Origin: Nannocystis sp.
GTDB lineage: Bacteria; Myxococcota_A; Polyangia; Nannocystales; Nannocystaceae
Assembly: GCF_016717175.1 (NCBI RefSeq)
Contig: NZ_JADKFZ010000004.1
Reading direction: 5' to 3' (one strand)
Length of the DNA stretch: 64,000 nt
Each line of letters begins with the position of its first letter. Position 1 is the stretch's first letter. Below, piece by piece: positions 1 through 8,796 of the stretch. The translations under genes were made by a program, and so were the position numbers. A model generated the notes under the pieces. The model worked only from the letters and a program-made list of their open reading frames with translations. It ran no database searches and was not told the DNA's origin.

Positions 1-826
1 TGTGGTCGCCGCCGGACACGAGGATCGTCGCGTCGGCGAGGCCGCTGACGGGGGCGGGCGCGCTGTGCTTGCTGGCGCCGTCACCGAGCTGTCCCTCGGG
101 ACCTGTCCCGAAGCACAGGACCTTGCCGGCCCGGGTGCGGACGCAGGTGTGCTGCGCGCCGGGGGCGACCTCGATGATGTCCGTGAGGCCCGGTACCTGG
201 GTCGGCGTGACCCAGGCGGTGCGGACCTCGTTGCCGAGCTGACCGCCGCGGTTGTCGCCCCAGCAGACCACGCCGCCGCTGCGGCGCAGGGCGCAGGTGT
301 GGTCGTCGCCGGCGCGCAGGTCGGTGGCGTCGTTGATACCGCGGACGACCACCGGCATGGCGCTGCGCGAGCCGGGTCGACCCTGGCCGTCGCCGAGCTG
401 GCCGTGGACGTTGCTGCCCCAGCACACGACCTGGCCGTCGCGGGTGCGGGCGCAGCTGTGGCTGGTGCCGAGGGCCAGCTGCACGGCGTCGGCGAGGCCG
501 CGGACGCCGACGGGCTTGGGGCTGTCGCGGAGGTTGCCGTCGCCGAGCTCGCCGCTGCTGCCGCGGCCCCAGCAGTCGACGCTGCCGTTCTCGCTGCGGG
601 CACAGGCATGATCGCCGCCGGCGGCGATCTCGACGGGGGGGCCGAAGGGGCTGACCTGGGTGCCCGTGCCGGGGCCGGGCTTGGTGGCGGTGCCGGTGCT
701 GCCGGTCGGTTTGCTCGGGGTGGTGCCGGTCTTGGTCGGGGTGTGCGTGCCGTAGCCGCGGGGGCCCTCGTCGCAGGCGGCGAGCGCGAGCAGGGGGAGG
801 GCGAGCAGGAGCTTACGGGCGGGCAT
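1..826 (-). CDS. RCC1-repeat lipoprotein, 5' complete, 3' end runs off the window
   Basis: Reverse-complement translation from the ATG at 824-826 gives MPARKLLLALPLLALAAC (lipobox) followed by repeated ...CWGxxxxGQLGDG... RCC1-type blades. Absent from the ORF track because there is no stop inside the window. Confidence 0.75.
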   Translation of the reverse strand, partial: MPARKLLLALPLLALAACDEGPRGYGTHTPTKTGTTPSKPTGSTGTATKPGPGTGTQVSPFGPPVEIAAGGDHACARSENGSVDCWGRGSSGELGDGNLRDSPKPVGVRGLADAVQLALGTSHSCARTRDGQVVCWGSNVHGQLGDGQGRPGSRSAMPVVVRGINDATDLRAGDDHTCALRRSGGVVCWGDNRGGQLGNEVRTAWVTPTQVPGLTDIIEVAPGAQHTCVRTRAGKVLCFGTGPEGQLGDGASKHSAPAPVSGLADATILVSGGDH

Positions 827-1298
827 CGAGCAGCAGTATGTGGGTGGCGCGCATTGGACTGCAATGCTCGTGCTGGGCTCGGGCTGGGCTCGCTGGGCTC
901 GGGTGGGCGACGCGGGGCGAGGCTGCCTGGGCCGGGGAGGGGGCCGACGGACTGTGGGGCCCTGCGACGCGGGTCCTCCCGGGGCACGTGCTCGCCGCCC
1001 ATCTGTCCCGATGGACAGGTTGATTTCACCGACCCTGGGGTCGCGGGGACGGGCGGCCGAGGGGCGTCTGCGCGCGAGCCCCGGGTCCTCCCGCTGCGCC
1101 CTCGCCGTCGGCCCCTTGTCCCCGGGCGGACAGCGTCGGCGCCCCGCTCACCGGCCCAGGTGCTCTCGCCCCGCGTGCTCACTCCGCGAGATGTCCGGAG
1201 CGAGACGTCGGGAGAGACGGCGGGCGCGAGACGTCGGGGGCCTTAAAAGGTCGCGGCCCGAAGCGGGAAGCTTCAGGCCGGTCGACGATCTGCTTGCT

Positions 1299-1373
<75 letters not shown>

Positions 1374-1469
1374 AGGAGGAGGGTGTTTATAGGAGCCCCG
1401 GGCGCTTGTCAAAGGCTTTTCGCTGCCATCTGGCTGCGGGTGCGATGGGGCGTTAGGCTGCACGCCGCG

Positions 1470-4400
1470 ATGAAGCCGTCGGACGCAGATCTCGGCGATA
1501 CGACGGGTGTGCCCGAGTCGCCGGGCGTGAAGGCCACGCGATCGTCGGGGCCGCCGCTGCACACCTCGGGCGCGTCGATCGATCCGCTGGCGATGACCGG
1601 CACGAGCTCGGGTCAGGCGACGGCGCGGGTGGGTCGGCCGGGCTTCGACGTCGACGCCGAGCTGGCGCGCGCGCAGCTCGAGACGCGGCTCTACGGGGCC
1701 GGGCGCGGCGAGGGCGGGCCGCGGATCGGGAAGTATCAGATCCTCGATCACCTCGGGCGCGGCGGGATGGGCTCGGTGTACACGGTCTACAACCCGGACC
1801 TCGATCGCAAGAGCGTGATCAAGCTGGTCCGGCCCGATCGATCGAGCCCGGACAGCCGGCGGCGGCTGCTGCGGGAGGCCCGACTGACGGCGACGCTGTC
1901 GCATCCGAACGTGGTCCAGATCCACGACTCGGGCGAGTACCTCGACGAGATCTACGTGGTGATGGAGTTCATCGCCGGGGTCGACCTCGACGCGTGGCGG
2001 CGGCAAGGGCCGCACGCGTGGCCGGAGGTGCTGGCGGTGTATCGCCAGGCGGGGCTCGGGCTGGCGGCCGCGCACGCGCAGGGGGTCGTGCACCGCGACT
2101 TCACGCCGCGCAACGCGATGCTCGGCGAGGATGGGCGGGTGCGGGTCCTCGACTTCGGGCTGGCGCACGCGCGGCGCGATGCGGGCGAGGTGATCGACGG
2201 TGCGCCGGGGTCTGGCGGACCACGGCCCGCTGCGGTGGCGGTGAGCGACGCGATGTCGGAGCCGGGGTCGGGGGACAGCTTGACGGCGACGGGGGCGATC
2301 GTCGGCACGCCGCGCTACATGTCGCCCGAGCAGTTGCGGAGCGTGCCGACCGACGGGCGCAGCGATCAGTTCAGCTTCTGCGTCGCGCTGTGGGAGGCGC
2401 TGCTCGGGCACCTGCCGTTCATGGGCGCCGATCTGTTCGAGTACAACGAGGCGGCGCTGGCCGGGGACATCCGGCCGCCGGAGGATCTGCGGGGGGTGCC
2501 GCGGCGGGTGTTGAAGGCGCTGCGGCGCGGGCTGGCGCCGCGGGCGGACGATCGCTTCGCGGACATGCACGCGCTGCTGGCGGAGCTCGACGTGCGGCCG
2601 CTGCGGCCGTGGATCGGGCTCGCGGGGGTGGCGGGGGCGCTGGCGCTGGTCGGGCTGTGGTTCCTCGCCCTGCCGGCGACGCCAGTGTCGCCGCGCGAGC
2701 AGTGTGCGAGCGAGTTGGCGGACGAGCTGCCGGTGACGTGGTCGGCGCTGCCCGGGCCGATCGCGGGGCGACTGGGGGAGTTCGCGGACCGCTGGCGGGC
2801 GGCGCGGGTCGAGCTGTGCGCGGCGGGTGTGGCGGGCGGGCTGCCGGCGCCGGCGCTGCGGCGCGGGCTGCGTTGCCTGGAGAAGCAGCGGGCGGTGTTC
2901 GTGGGGCTGGTCGATCGGGTGACGGCCGGCGATGCGCTCGAGCTCGACCTCGGGGCGCTGCCGGACAGCGATCGGGTGGCGGCGTGCACGGATCCGCTGC
3001 GCCTCGCCGACGGGGCCGCGCCGCCGTCGCCCGCGGCGCGCGAGGCGGTGAGCCGGGTCGAGGCGGACCTGGCCCGCGCCGAGACGGCGCTGATCCTCGG
3101 GCGCTACGCCGAGAGTGAGGCGATCGCCGCGAGCGCGGTGCGGCGGGTCCGGGAGATCGGTCATGCGCCGACGCTGGCGGCGGCGCTGTACCAGCTGGCC
3201 CGCGCCGAGACCTACGGGCCGAACGCGGACGCGGCCGAGGCGACGTTGCGCGAGGCGGCGGGGCTGGCCGAGCGGCACGACCTGCACGACCTCGCGGCGG
3301 ACATCTATCTGCGCCTGGTGCGGGTGGCGATGGCCCACGGGCAGCGCAGCGCCGACGGCAGCGTGTGGTTCGCGGTCCTCGGCTACAAGCTGGCGCGGCT
3401 CGACGAGCGTCGCGGTCGGCGCTGGGCGGAGGGGCTCGAGTACCTCGGGGCGATCGCCCTCGACGCGCGTGAGCTGGCGACCGCCGAGAGTCTGTTCGAG
3501 CGGGGCGCGGCGGCCGAGGAGGGGGCCGGGCCGCTGCGTCGCGGCCTGGTCGAGCTGCGGCTCGGGCGGGTGCAGCGGCTGCGTGGCGATGCGGCGGGGG
3601 CGGCCGGGCGCTTCGCGCGGGGGCTCGCGCTGGCGGAGGAGGAGCTCGGGCCGGAGCACCCGCAGCTGGTGCAGTTCCTGGTCAACCTCGGCGAGGTGCA
3701 GCTCGAGCTGCGCGAGCTGGAGGCGGCGGAGGCGACGATCGGGCGCGGGCTGGCGATCTCTACGGGCGGGGCGGGCGGGGCGGGGCGCGGCGTGTACCGG
3801 CCGCAGCTGCTGCTCGCGGCGGCGCAGGTCGCCGAGCTGCGGGGCGACATGGCGGGCGCGGGGGCGCTGGCGCGGCAGGCCCGGGCCTTGCTGCGCGACC
3901 GGGCCCTGCCGGCCGATGTCCGCAGCTACCGCGGGGCGGTGCTCGACCTGGTGGCCCGGGCCGCGTTCGCGGCGGGCGACGCGACGGCGGCGCTGGACGC
4001 CTACAGCGAGCTGCTCGCGGTGCCGGAGGGGCACCTGTCCCGAGAGGCAGCTCGCTTGCTGATCGCGTACCGCAACGCGGCCGGGCTGGCGGTGACGCGC
4101 GAGCAGCCGGCGCTGGCGCTGCGCTTCGTGGCCGCGGCGGTGCCCCTGCTGGGCGAGCCGGGGCTGGCGGAGGCGGCCGGCGAGGCGCTGCGGGTCGATC
4201 TGGCGGCCCGCGAGGGGGAGGCCTTGCTGGCCCTGGGGCGGCCGGCGGCGGCGGTCCTGGTCGCCGAGCGCGCGCTCGAGCGCTGGGACCCGCAGGGCCG
4301 GCGGGAGGACGCCTCCACCGCCGACCTGCACCTGCTGTGCTTCGAGGCGCTGAAGCAGCGGGCGCCGACGCAGGCGCTGCCGCACGCGCGGGCGGCCCTG

Positions 4401-4487
4401 CGATACTTCGCGAACGAGGCGTCGCTGCGCGAGATCACGGAGATCCTCGAGACATGGTTGCGCCGCTACCCGGGACCCTCGCGCTGA
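1470..4487 (+). CDS. Ser/Thr protein kinase with TM segment and long C-terminal TPR-like helical-repeat domain
   Basis: Gly loop LGRGGMGSVY, VIK lysine, catalytic loop HRDFTPRN, DFG, SPE. TM helix after the kinase domain. C-terminal ~650 aa Ala/Leu-rich repeats. ATG at 1470 is in frame with the track ORF 840..4487; the stretch upstream of 1470 is low-complexity. Confidence 0.85.
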   Translation: MKPSDADLGDTTGVPESPGVKATRSSGPPLHTSGASIDPLAMTGTSSGQATARVGRPGFDVDAELARAQLETRLYGAGRGEGGPRIGKYQILDHLGRGGMGSVYTVYNPDLDRKSVIKLVRPDRSSPDSRRRLLREARLTATLSHPNVVQIHDSGEYLDEIYVVMEFIAGVDLDAWRRQGPHAWPEVLAVYRQAGLGLAAAHAQGVVHRDFTPRNAMLGEDGRVRVLDFGLAHARRDAGEVIDGAPGSGGPRPAAVAVSDAMSEPGSGDSLTATGAIVGTPRYMSPEQLRSVPTDGRSDQFSFCVALWEALLGHLPFMGADLFEYNEAALAGDIRPPEDLRGVPRRVLKALRRGLAPRADDRFADMHALLAELDVRPLRPWIGLAGVAGALALVGLWFLALPATPVSPREQCASELADELPVTWSALPGPIAGRLGEFADRWRAARVELCAAGVAGGLPAPALRRGLRCLEKQRAVFVGLVDRVTAGDALELDLGALPDSDRVAACTDPLRLADGAAPPSPAAREAVSRVEADLARAETALILGRYAESEAIAASAVRRVREIGHAPTLAAALYQLARAETYGPNADAAEATLREAAGLAERHDLHDLAADIYLRLVRVAMAHGQRSADGSVWFAVLGYKLARLDERRGRRWAEGLEYLGAIALDARELATAESLFERGAAAEEGAGPLRRGLVELRLGRVQRLRGDAAGAAGRFARGLALAEEELGPEHPQLVQFLVNLGEVQLELRELEAAEATIGRGLAISTGGAGGAGRGVYRPQLLLAAAQVAELRGDMAGAGALARQARALLRDRALPADVRSYRGAVLDLVARAAFAAGDATAALDAYSELLAVPEGHLSREAARLLIAYRNAAGLAVTREQPALALRFVAAAVPLLGEPGLAEAAGEALRVDLAAREGEALLALGRPAAAVLVAERALERWDPQGRREDASTADLHLLCFEALKQRAPTQALPHARAALRYFANEASLREITEILETWLRRYPGPSR

Positions 4488-4512
4488 GCGAGGCCACCAG
4501 AAGGACCGAGAC

Positions 4513-4833
4513 ATGCCAGACCTGCTCACTGCATCCACGAATAGCTGCGATGACCCGAAGACCCCGCTGGTCGAGCTGTGTAGCGCGATCCGGCGGCCGA
4601 GGCCGTTGACGGGGAGCGTCGGCGGCGGCGGCGGCTCGGGTGGCAGCGGCCACATGCCGAACCCCGAGGAGCTGGTGGCCAAGGCGCTCGAGCACGTGTG
4701 GGACGCGCTGTCGGATCAGATCCAGACCCTGCGGGCCGAGAACCGCAGCTTGCAGGAGAAGATGGACGCGATGCAGCACAGCTTCGGCAGCGAGCTGGCG
4801 GCGGCGCGCAAGGTCGCCGAGCGCCAGCGCTGA
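4513..4833 (+). CDS. small hypothetical protein: N-terminal Cys pair, Gly-rich linker, coiled-coil
   Basis: 106-aa ORF with a weak SD (gaaggaccgag) and non-random composition (ELVAKALEHVWDALSDQIQTLRAENRSLQEKMDAMQ). No family recognised. Confidence 0.4.
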   Translation: MPDLLTASTNSCDDPKTPLVELCSAIRRPRPLTGSVGGGGGSGGSGHMPNPEELVAKALEHVWDALSDQIQTLRAENRSLQEKMDAMQHSFGSELAAARKVAERQR

Positions 4834-4920
4834 GCGTGACGGGTCGCCGCGGCGGCGCGACGCGAGGCCCTGGGATGAGGGGGCCGGCGTGCGCCGCCGC
4901 GGGATGTTGGCCTCGCTGGT

Positions 4921-5379
4921 TCACGCGGCGGCGCGGCGCGGGCGGGCGATCCGGAGATCGGGGCGCCCGCGCTCGAGCATGAAGCGCCACAGCGGCTTGT
5001 CGCTCTTGGCCCGGTTGCACGGGCCGCAGCTGGGCACCAGGTTGTCCGGGTGGTTGCTGCCGCCGCGCGAGCGCGGGACCACGTGGTCCCGCGTCACCTC
5101 GCGCTTGCACAGGCGCGCGCCGCAGTAGGTGCAGAGCGTGCGCACGTGCCAGAGGTAGTGGCGGAACTCGCTGGTGAAGCAGACATCGAGGCGATCGTGG
5201 ATAACGTCGGCGACGGAGGTCTTCTTGTAGCGTGCGGTCTCCCGGAGCCGGCCCAGACGCCCGTCGCCCTTGCCCTGGCGCAGGCCCATCTTGCGCAGAT
5301 GGCGTGCCAGGTAGAACTCGGGGCCGCGCTCCGGGCGGGGCGTGAGGGTGTCGTATTCGTGTTTCAGCTTGACGTACAT
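4921..5379 (-). CDS. HNH endonuclease
   Basis: CTYCGARL...TRDHVVPRSRGGSNHPDNLVPSCGPCNRAKSDK is a canonical HNH/zinc-finger nuclease motif. Consensus SD AAGGAGG 6 nt upstream of the ATG. Confidence 0.85.
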   Translation of the reverse strand: MYVKLKHEYDTLTPRPERGPEFYLARHLRKMGLRQGKGDGRLGRLRETARYKKTSVADVIHDRLDVCFTSEFRHYLWHVRTLCTYCGARLCKREVTRDHVVPRSRGGSNHPDNLVPSCGPCNRAKSDKPLWRFMLERGRPDLRIARPRRAAA

Positions 5380-5419
5380 GACGGCGCCTCCTTTCGGCTT
5401 GGAACGGGTGGTCGGTGGA

Positions 5420-5626
5420 TCAATCGCGGTAGGTCAGGGTGCTCCACTGCGGGACGGCGACCGGGCCGCCGCGGCGCAGCTCGACCTGGGCCTCGACCTC
5501 CATGTCGCCGCCGGCCAGGCGCACGCGGTCGCCGGTGCGGATGCACAGCTCGCGCAGGCGGGCGGGGGACAGGGGGATGCAGTGGTCCTCGGTGCGGACC
5601 GTGATATCGGCGTGGATCGTGCGCAT
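5420..5626 (-). CDS. 68-aa AbrB/MazE/SpoVT-like (swapped-hairpin) small protein
   Basis: Internal ATG at 5624-5626 preceded by a perfect SD AAGGAGG. VRTEDHCIPLSPARLRELCIRTGDRVRL fits the AbrB/MazE pattern VR..IP...R..L.I..GD.V.L. Lies 40 nt upstream of the HNH gene on the same strand. The longer track ORF 5420..5782 has a non-protein-like N-terminal extension. Confidence 0.6.
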   Translation of the reverse strand: MRTIHADITVRTEDHCIPLSPARLRELCIRTGDRVRLAGGDMEVEAQVELRRGGPVAVPQWSTLTYRD

Positions 5627-5870
5627 GACGGCCTCCTTCTCGGCGGAGCGATGGATGAATGGACAGAGATAAAGCGCGCAGAGGGAGTTGAACCCTCGCT
5701 TCCTCCGTGGCAGGGAGGCGTGCGGCCACCAGCACCTTGCGCGCAGATCGATGGATCGACGGGTGTGGCCGCGACGGGCCAATGCCGCGGCGAATCGGTG
5801 CCCACGGATATGTGGGCACTTGCGGAGCTGCGACGGCGGGCCGCGGTCCGACGGAGGGCCGATCGAGCGG

Positions 5871-5928
5871 GTGTCCCGATGTCGGGGTGCCCCGATGTCG
5901 GGGTGCCCCGATGTCGGGGGGCGCTCGC
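5871..5928. repeat. 17-bp direct repeat x3 (GTGCCCCGATGTCGGGG)
   Basis: gtgtcccgatgtcggggtgccccgatgtcggggtgccccgatgtcgggg read directly, between the two small minus-strand ORFs. Confidence 0.8.
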
Positions 5929-5946
5929 TCGCTCAGCGAGCGGGGC

Positions 5947-6129
5947 TCATTCGCTGCGGAGGTCGGGGCTGGCCTGCAGGTGATAACCTGTGTGGCCTGG
6001 CGCCGTACCTGCGAACCAGCGACCTCGTCCCGACTCGCTCGCATCGTTCGCGGCGAACAGGCCCTTCGCCTGCACTGGGGCGGCGATCGGGAGCTGGGCG
6101 CGAAGCGGCATGTCGTGGACGGAAAGCAT
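5947..6129 (-). CDS. 60-aa hypothetical protein
   Basis: ATG preceded by AAAGAGGTGAACC (strong SD). An upstream TTGACA hexamer. Located in a ~600-bp stretch otherwise free of convincing ORFs. Confidence 0.45.
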   Translation of the reverse strand: MLSVHDMPLRAQLPIAAPVQAKGLFAANDASESGRGRWFAGTAPGHTGYHLQASPDLRSE

Positions 6130-6190
6130 GGTTCACCTCTTTTACAGGCGGGCAGTGTTCCCGAACGCCGCGCCGCTGTCAAGCACCTGA
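6130..6190 (-). promoter_or_regulatory. putative sigma70-like promoter for the 60-aa ORF (TTGACA -35)
   Basis: Minus-strand TTGACAgcggcgcggcgttcgggAACACT....AAAGAGGTGAACCATG. The -35 is a perfect match; the -10 is weak. Confidence 0.25.
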
Positions 6191-6283
6191 ACGCGACGAT
6201 TGTACGAATGCGGTGATAATTTTGTGGCCGGTCCGCGGGGCCTGCTTATATGCGCACTTTCGTTCTGATGGGTTTGTTCCGGA

Positions 6284-8626
6284 TCAGGGCGGCGCGATGC
6301 GGGCGCGGAGGATGTGGTCGCCGAGGGCGAGGGCGTCCAGGCGATCGGGATGACCGTGCTGGTCTGGGCGCAGGCGGCCGATCCAGGTGTAGCGGCCCTC
6401 GAGGTGCGGGGCGCGGGCGTGCATGAAGAAGAACTGGCTGCCGCCGGTGTCCTTGCCGGCGTCGGCGATGCCGACCGCGCCGCGATCGAAGGCGTGGTCG
6501 CCGGGCTCGCTCGGGAGCACGAAGCCGGGGCCGCCCCAGCCGTTGCCGTCGGGGTCGCCGCCCTGAAGCACGAAGCCCGGGACGTCGCGGTGGAAGCGGA
6601 GGCCGTCGTAGTAGCCGCGGCGGGTGAGGGCGACGATCTCGGCGACGGCCCAGGGCGCGGCGGTGGGGTCGAGGTCGATCTCGAGGTCGCCGACCTCGGT
6701 GCTGAGGATCCAGCGGATCGGGGCGCCGGGCAGGCTGCGCGGGTCGAGCGGCGGCGGGGGCAGTGCTGCGGCGGTGGCGATCGAGGCGGCGTTGCCCGGG
6801 CCCGGGTCGGGGGCGGTGGCGATCGCGGCGGCGGGGCCCTGGCCCTGGCCGCGGAGCTGCTGCACGCAGGCGCGGGCGGCCTTGCGGACGGCGGGGCTGG
6901 CGTGGGCGCGGCTGGCCTCGCAGACGGGGAGACCGGCGGCGACACCGGTGGCCGCGAGGGTGGCGAGGAGGGTGCTGTGCAGCTCGGGCTCGCGGGCGGC
7001 GTGGGCGGTGGCGAGGGCGGCGAGGCGCTGCCACAGCGGATCGCTGGCGGCGAGGAGCGATGGCTTGGCGTGGGTCGGTGGCTTGTCGTGCGGTGCGGCG
7101 ATCACATCGGCGGCCGATCCGACGACGCCGAGGACCGGGTCGGCGAGGGCGCGCAGCAGCCAGGCGTGGACGATCGTGGTGGTCGCGGGGTCGTGCCACA
7201 GCGGGCCGAGAGCGGCGACGGCGGCGAGGCGCAGCTGTGGATCGGTGGCGGTGAGGAGCGCGTCGAGCCGGGCGGCGCGCGCGGGCCAGGGGCCGCCGAA
7301 GCCGTGGATCAGCGGGCCGAGCTCGTGGGCCTCGCGCTCGCCGGGGCGCAGCAGCGGGCTCTGGCAGACGAGCGGCGGGCGCCAGCGCGGGTCGTGGGCG
7401 AGGCGCGCGGCGAGCAGGCAGTCGATGCGGGCGAGCAGGCGACGACGAGCTTCGCGGCGGGCGTCGTCGAGGTTGGCTGCGTTGGTGGGTGGGTTCGTGG
7501 GCGAGTTGTTGTTGGTCGCGGTGGGTGGGCTCGTTGGTGTGTTGTTGTTGGTCGTGGCGGGTGGGTTGATCGGCGAGTTGTTGGTGGTCGTGGTGGTGTT
7601 GCGATCGATCGCGGTGCGCAGCTGCTCGAGGGCGTGGCGCTCGCGGATCGAGGGGGCGGTGGTCTCGCTGGCGAGGCACGCGAGGGCGGCGTGGAGCTGG
7701 CGGGCGTGGGCGAGGCGCTGGGGCTCGTCCTGCGTGCGGTCGGCGATGCTGCTGCGGGCCCAGGCGAGGACGGCGAGGACGGCGGTCTGGCGATCGGGGG
7801 CGATGAGGGCGGCGAGGCGGCGCGGGTCGCTGGCGGCGGCGGGCAGCTCGCGGGTGAGGCAGGCTTGCAGCGGCGGTGTGGCGCTGCGGCGGACCAGGCC
7901 GGCGAGGGCGAGGCGCTGGAGCTCGCGGTCGCTGCTGCGGGTGTGGTCCCGCAGGAGGGCGAGGATCGACGGATCGGGGGGCGGCGTGTGCTCGTTGGCG
8001 AGGGCGTAGAGGGCGGCGTAGGTGAGCGCGGGGTCGCTGGCCAGGGCGAGGAGGTTGGCGCGGGTCGGGGCGTCGAGCGGGTGCTTGCGGCGACCGAGCA
8101 CGCCGAGGGCGATCGCGGCGGTGCTGCGCAGGGCCGGGCTCGCGGTCGGGGCGAGGGCGTCGCGCAGGACGGGCAGAGATGCGGGGCCTCCGAGGCGGCC
8201 GAGAGCCTCGGCGATGGCGCGGCGCTCGTCGGCGTCGGCGCGCGGCCAGGCGGTGAGGAGGGCGGCGTCGAGGTCGGTGAGCTCGGTGTCGAGGAGGGCG
8301 GCGATGCCGAGCGCACGCGCGGCGTGCTCGCGTCGGCGAGGATCGTCGCCGCGGAGCAGGGTGAGCAGGGCGGCGATCGCCGGCGGGTCGCCGACGCGTG
8401 CGAGGGCGAGGATCACCGGGCCGGGATCGGGGTCGCCGAGGCGAGCGATGAGGGGGGCGCTGTCGCGGCGCAGCTCGAGCTCGAAGAGGGGGGTCGCGGG
8501 GATCGTTGTCGTGGTTGGGGCGGGGCCGGGGGGCGCGGCGGGGACCTGCGGGGGCGCAGCGGGGACCTGCGGGGGCGCGCAGGCGAGCAGGCAGCTCAGG
8601 GTCGTGAGGGCGAGGGCCGGGCGCAT
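6284..8626 (-). CDS. HEAT/ARM-repeat lipoprotein with C-terminal cyclophilin-type peptidyl-prolyl isomerase domain
   Basis: Signal/lipobox MRPALALTTLSCLLAC. Long PxxAxxALxxL HEAT-like repeats. C-terminus FHRDVPGFVLQGGDP...GGPGF...GSQFFF matches the cyclophilin signature. Confidence 0.85.
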   Translation of the reverse strand: MRPALALTTLSCLLACAPPQVPAAPPQVPAAPPGPAPTTTTIPATPLFELELRRDSAPLIARLGDPDPGPVILALARVGDPPAIAALLTLLRGDDPRRREHAARALGIAALLDTELTDLDAALLTAWPRADADERRAIAEALGRLGGPASLPVLRDALAPTASPALRSTAAIALGVLGRRKHPLDAPTRANLLALASDPALTYAALYALANEHTPPPDPSILALLRDHTRSSDRELQRLALAGLVRRSATPPLQACLTRELPAAASDPRRLAALIAPDRQTAVLAVLAWARSSIADRTQDEPQRLAHARQLHAALACLASETTAPSIRERHALEQLRTAIDRNTTTTTNNSPINPPATTNNNTPTSPPTATNNNSPTNPPTNAANLDDARREARRRLLARIDCLLAARLAHDPRWRPPLVCQSPLLRPGEREAHELGPLIHGFGGPWPARAARLDALLTATDPQLRLAAVAALGPLWHDPATTTIVHAWLLRALADPVLGVVGSAADVIAAPHDKPPTHAKPSLLAASDPLWQRLAALATAHAAREPELHSTLLATLAATGVAAGLPVCEASRAHASPAVRKAARACVQQLRGQGQGPAAAIATAPDPGPGNAASIATAAALPPPPLDPRSLPGAPIRWILSTEVGDLEIDLDPTAAPWAVAEIVALTRRGYYDGLRFHRDVPGFVLQGGDPDGNGWGGPGFVLPSEPGDHAFDRGAVGIADAGKDTGGSQFFFMHARAPHLEGRYTWIGRLRPDQHGHPDRLDALALGDHILRARIAPP
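7480..7620. repeat. lower-GC ~36-bp tandem repeat x3 inside the HEAT-PPIase gene (encodes an Asn/Thr/Pro-rich insert)
   Basis: ggtgggtgggttcgtgggcgagttgttgttggtcgc-type units encode ...TTTTTNNSPINPPATTNNNTPTSPPTATNNNSPTNPPTNAAN... Confidence 0.7.
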
Positions 8627-8639
8627 CGTCGGCGAGTGT

Positions 8640-8796
8640 ACAGAACAATGTTGCGAGGGACCGCGGGCGAGCGAGAGAACAATGTTGCGAGCGGGATGGG
8701 TTGCGCGGGGTATCGCGGCGGGCGTGCCTGATAGCGCGGTGCGGGGTGCCTGATAGCGCGGTGGCGGCGGCGGGGCGCGCCTGATAGCGTGGGGGC
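8640..8796. promoter_or_regulatory. divergent promoter region with direct repeats: AGAACAATGTTGCGAG x2 and TGCCTGATAGCG(C/T)GG x3
   Basis: Repeats read directly between the divergent HEAT-PPIase gene and the cNMP-binding gene, at spacings of ~38 bp and ~23-31 bp. Confidence 0.4.
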
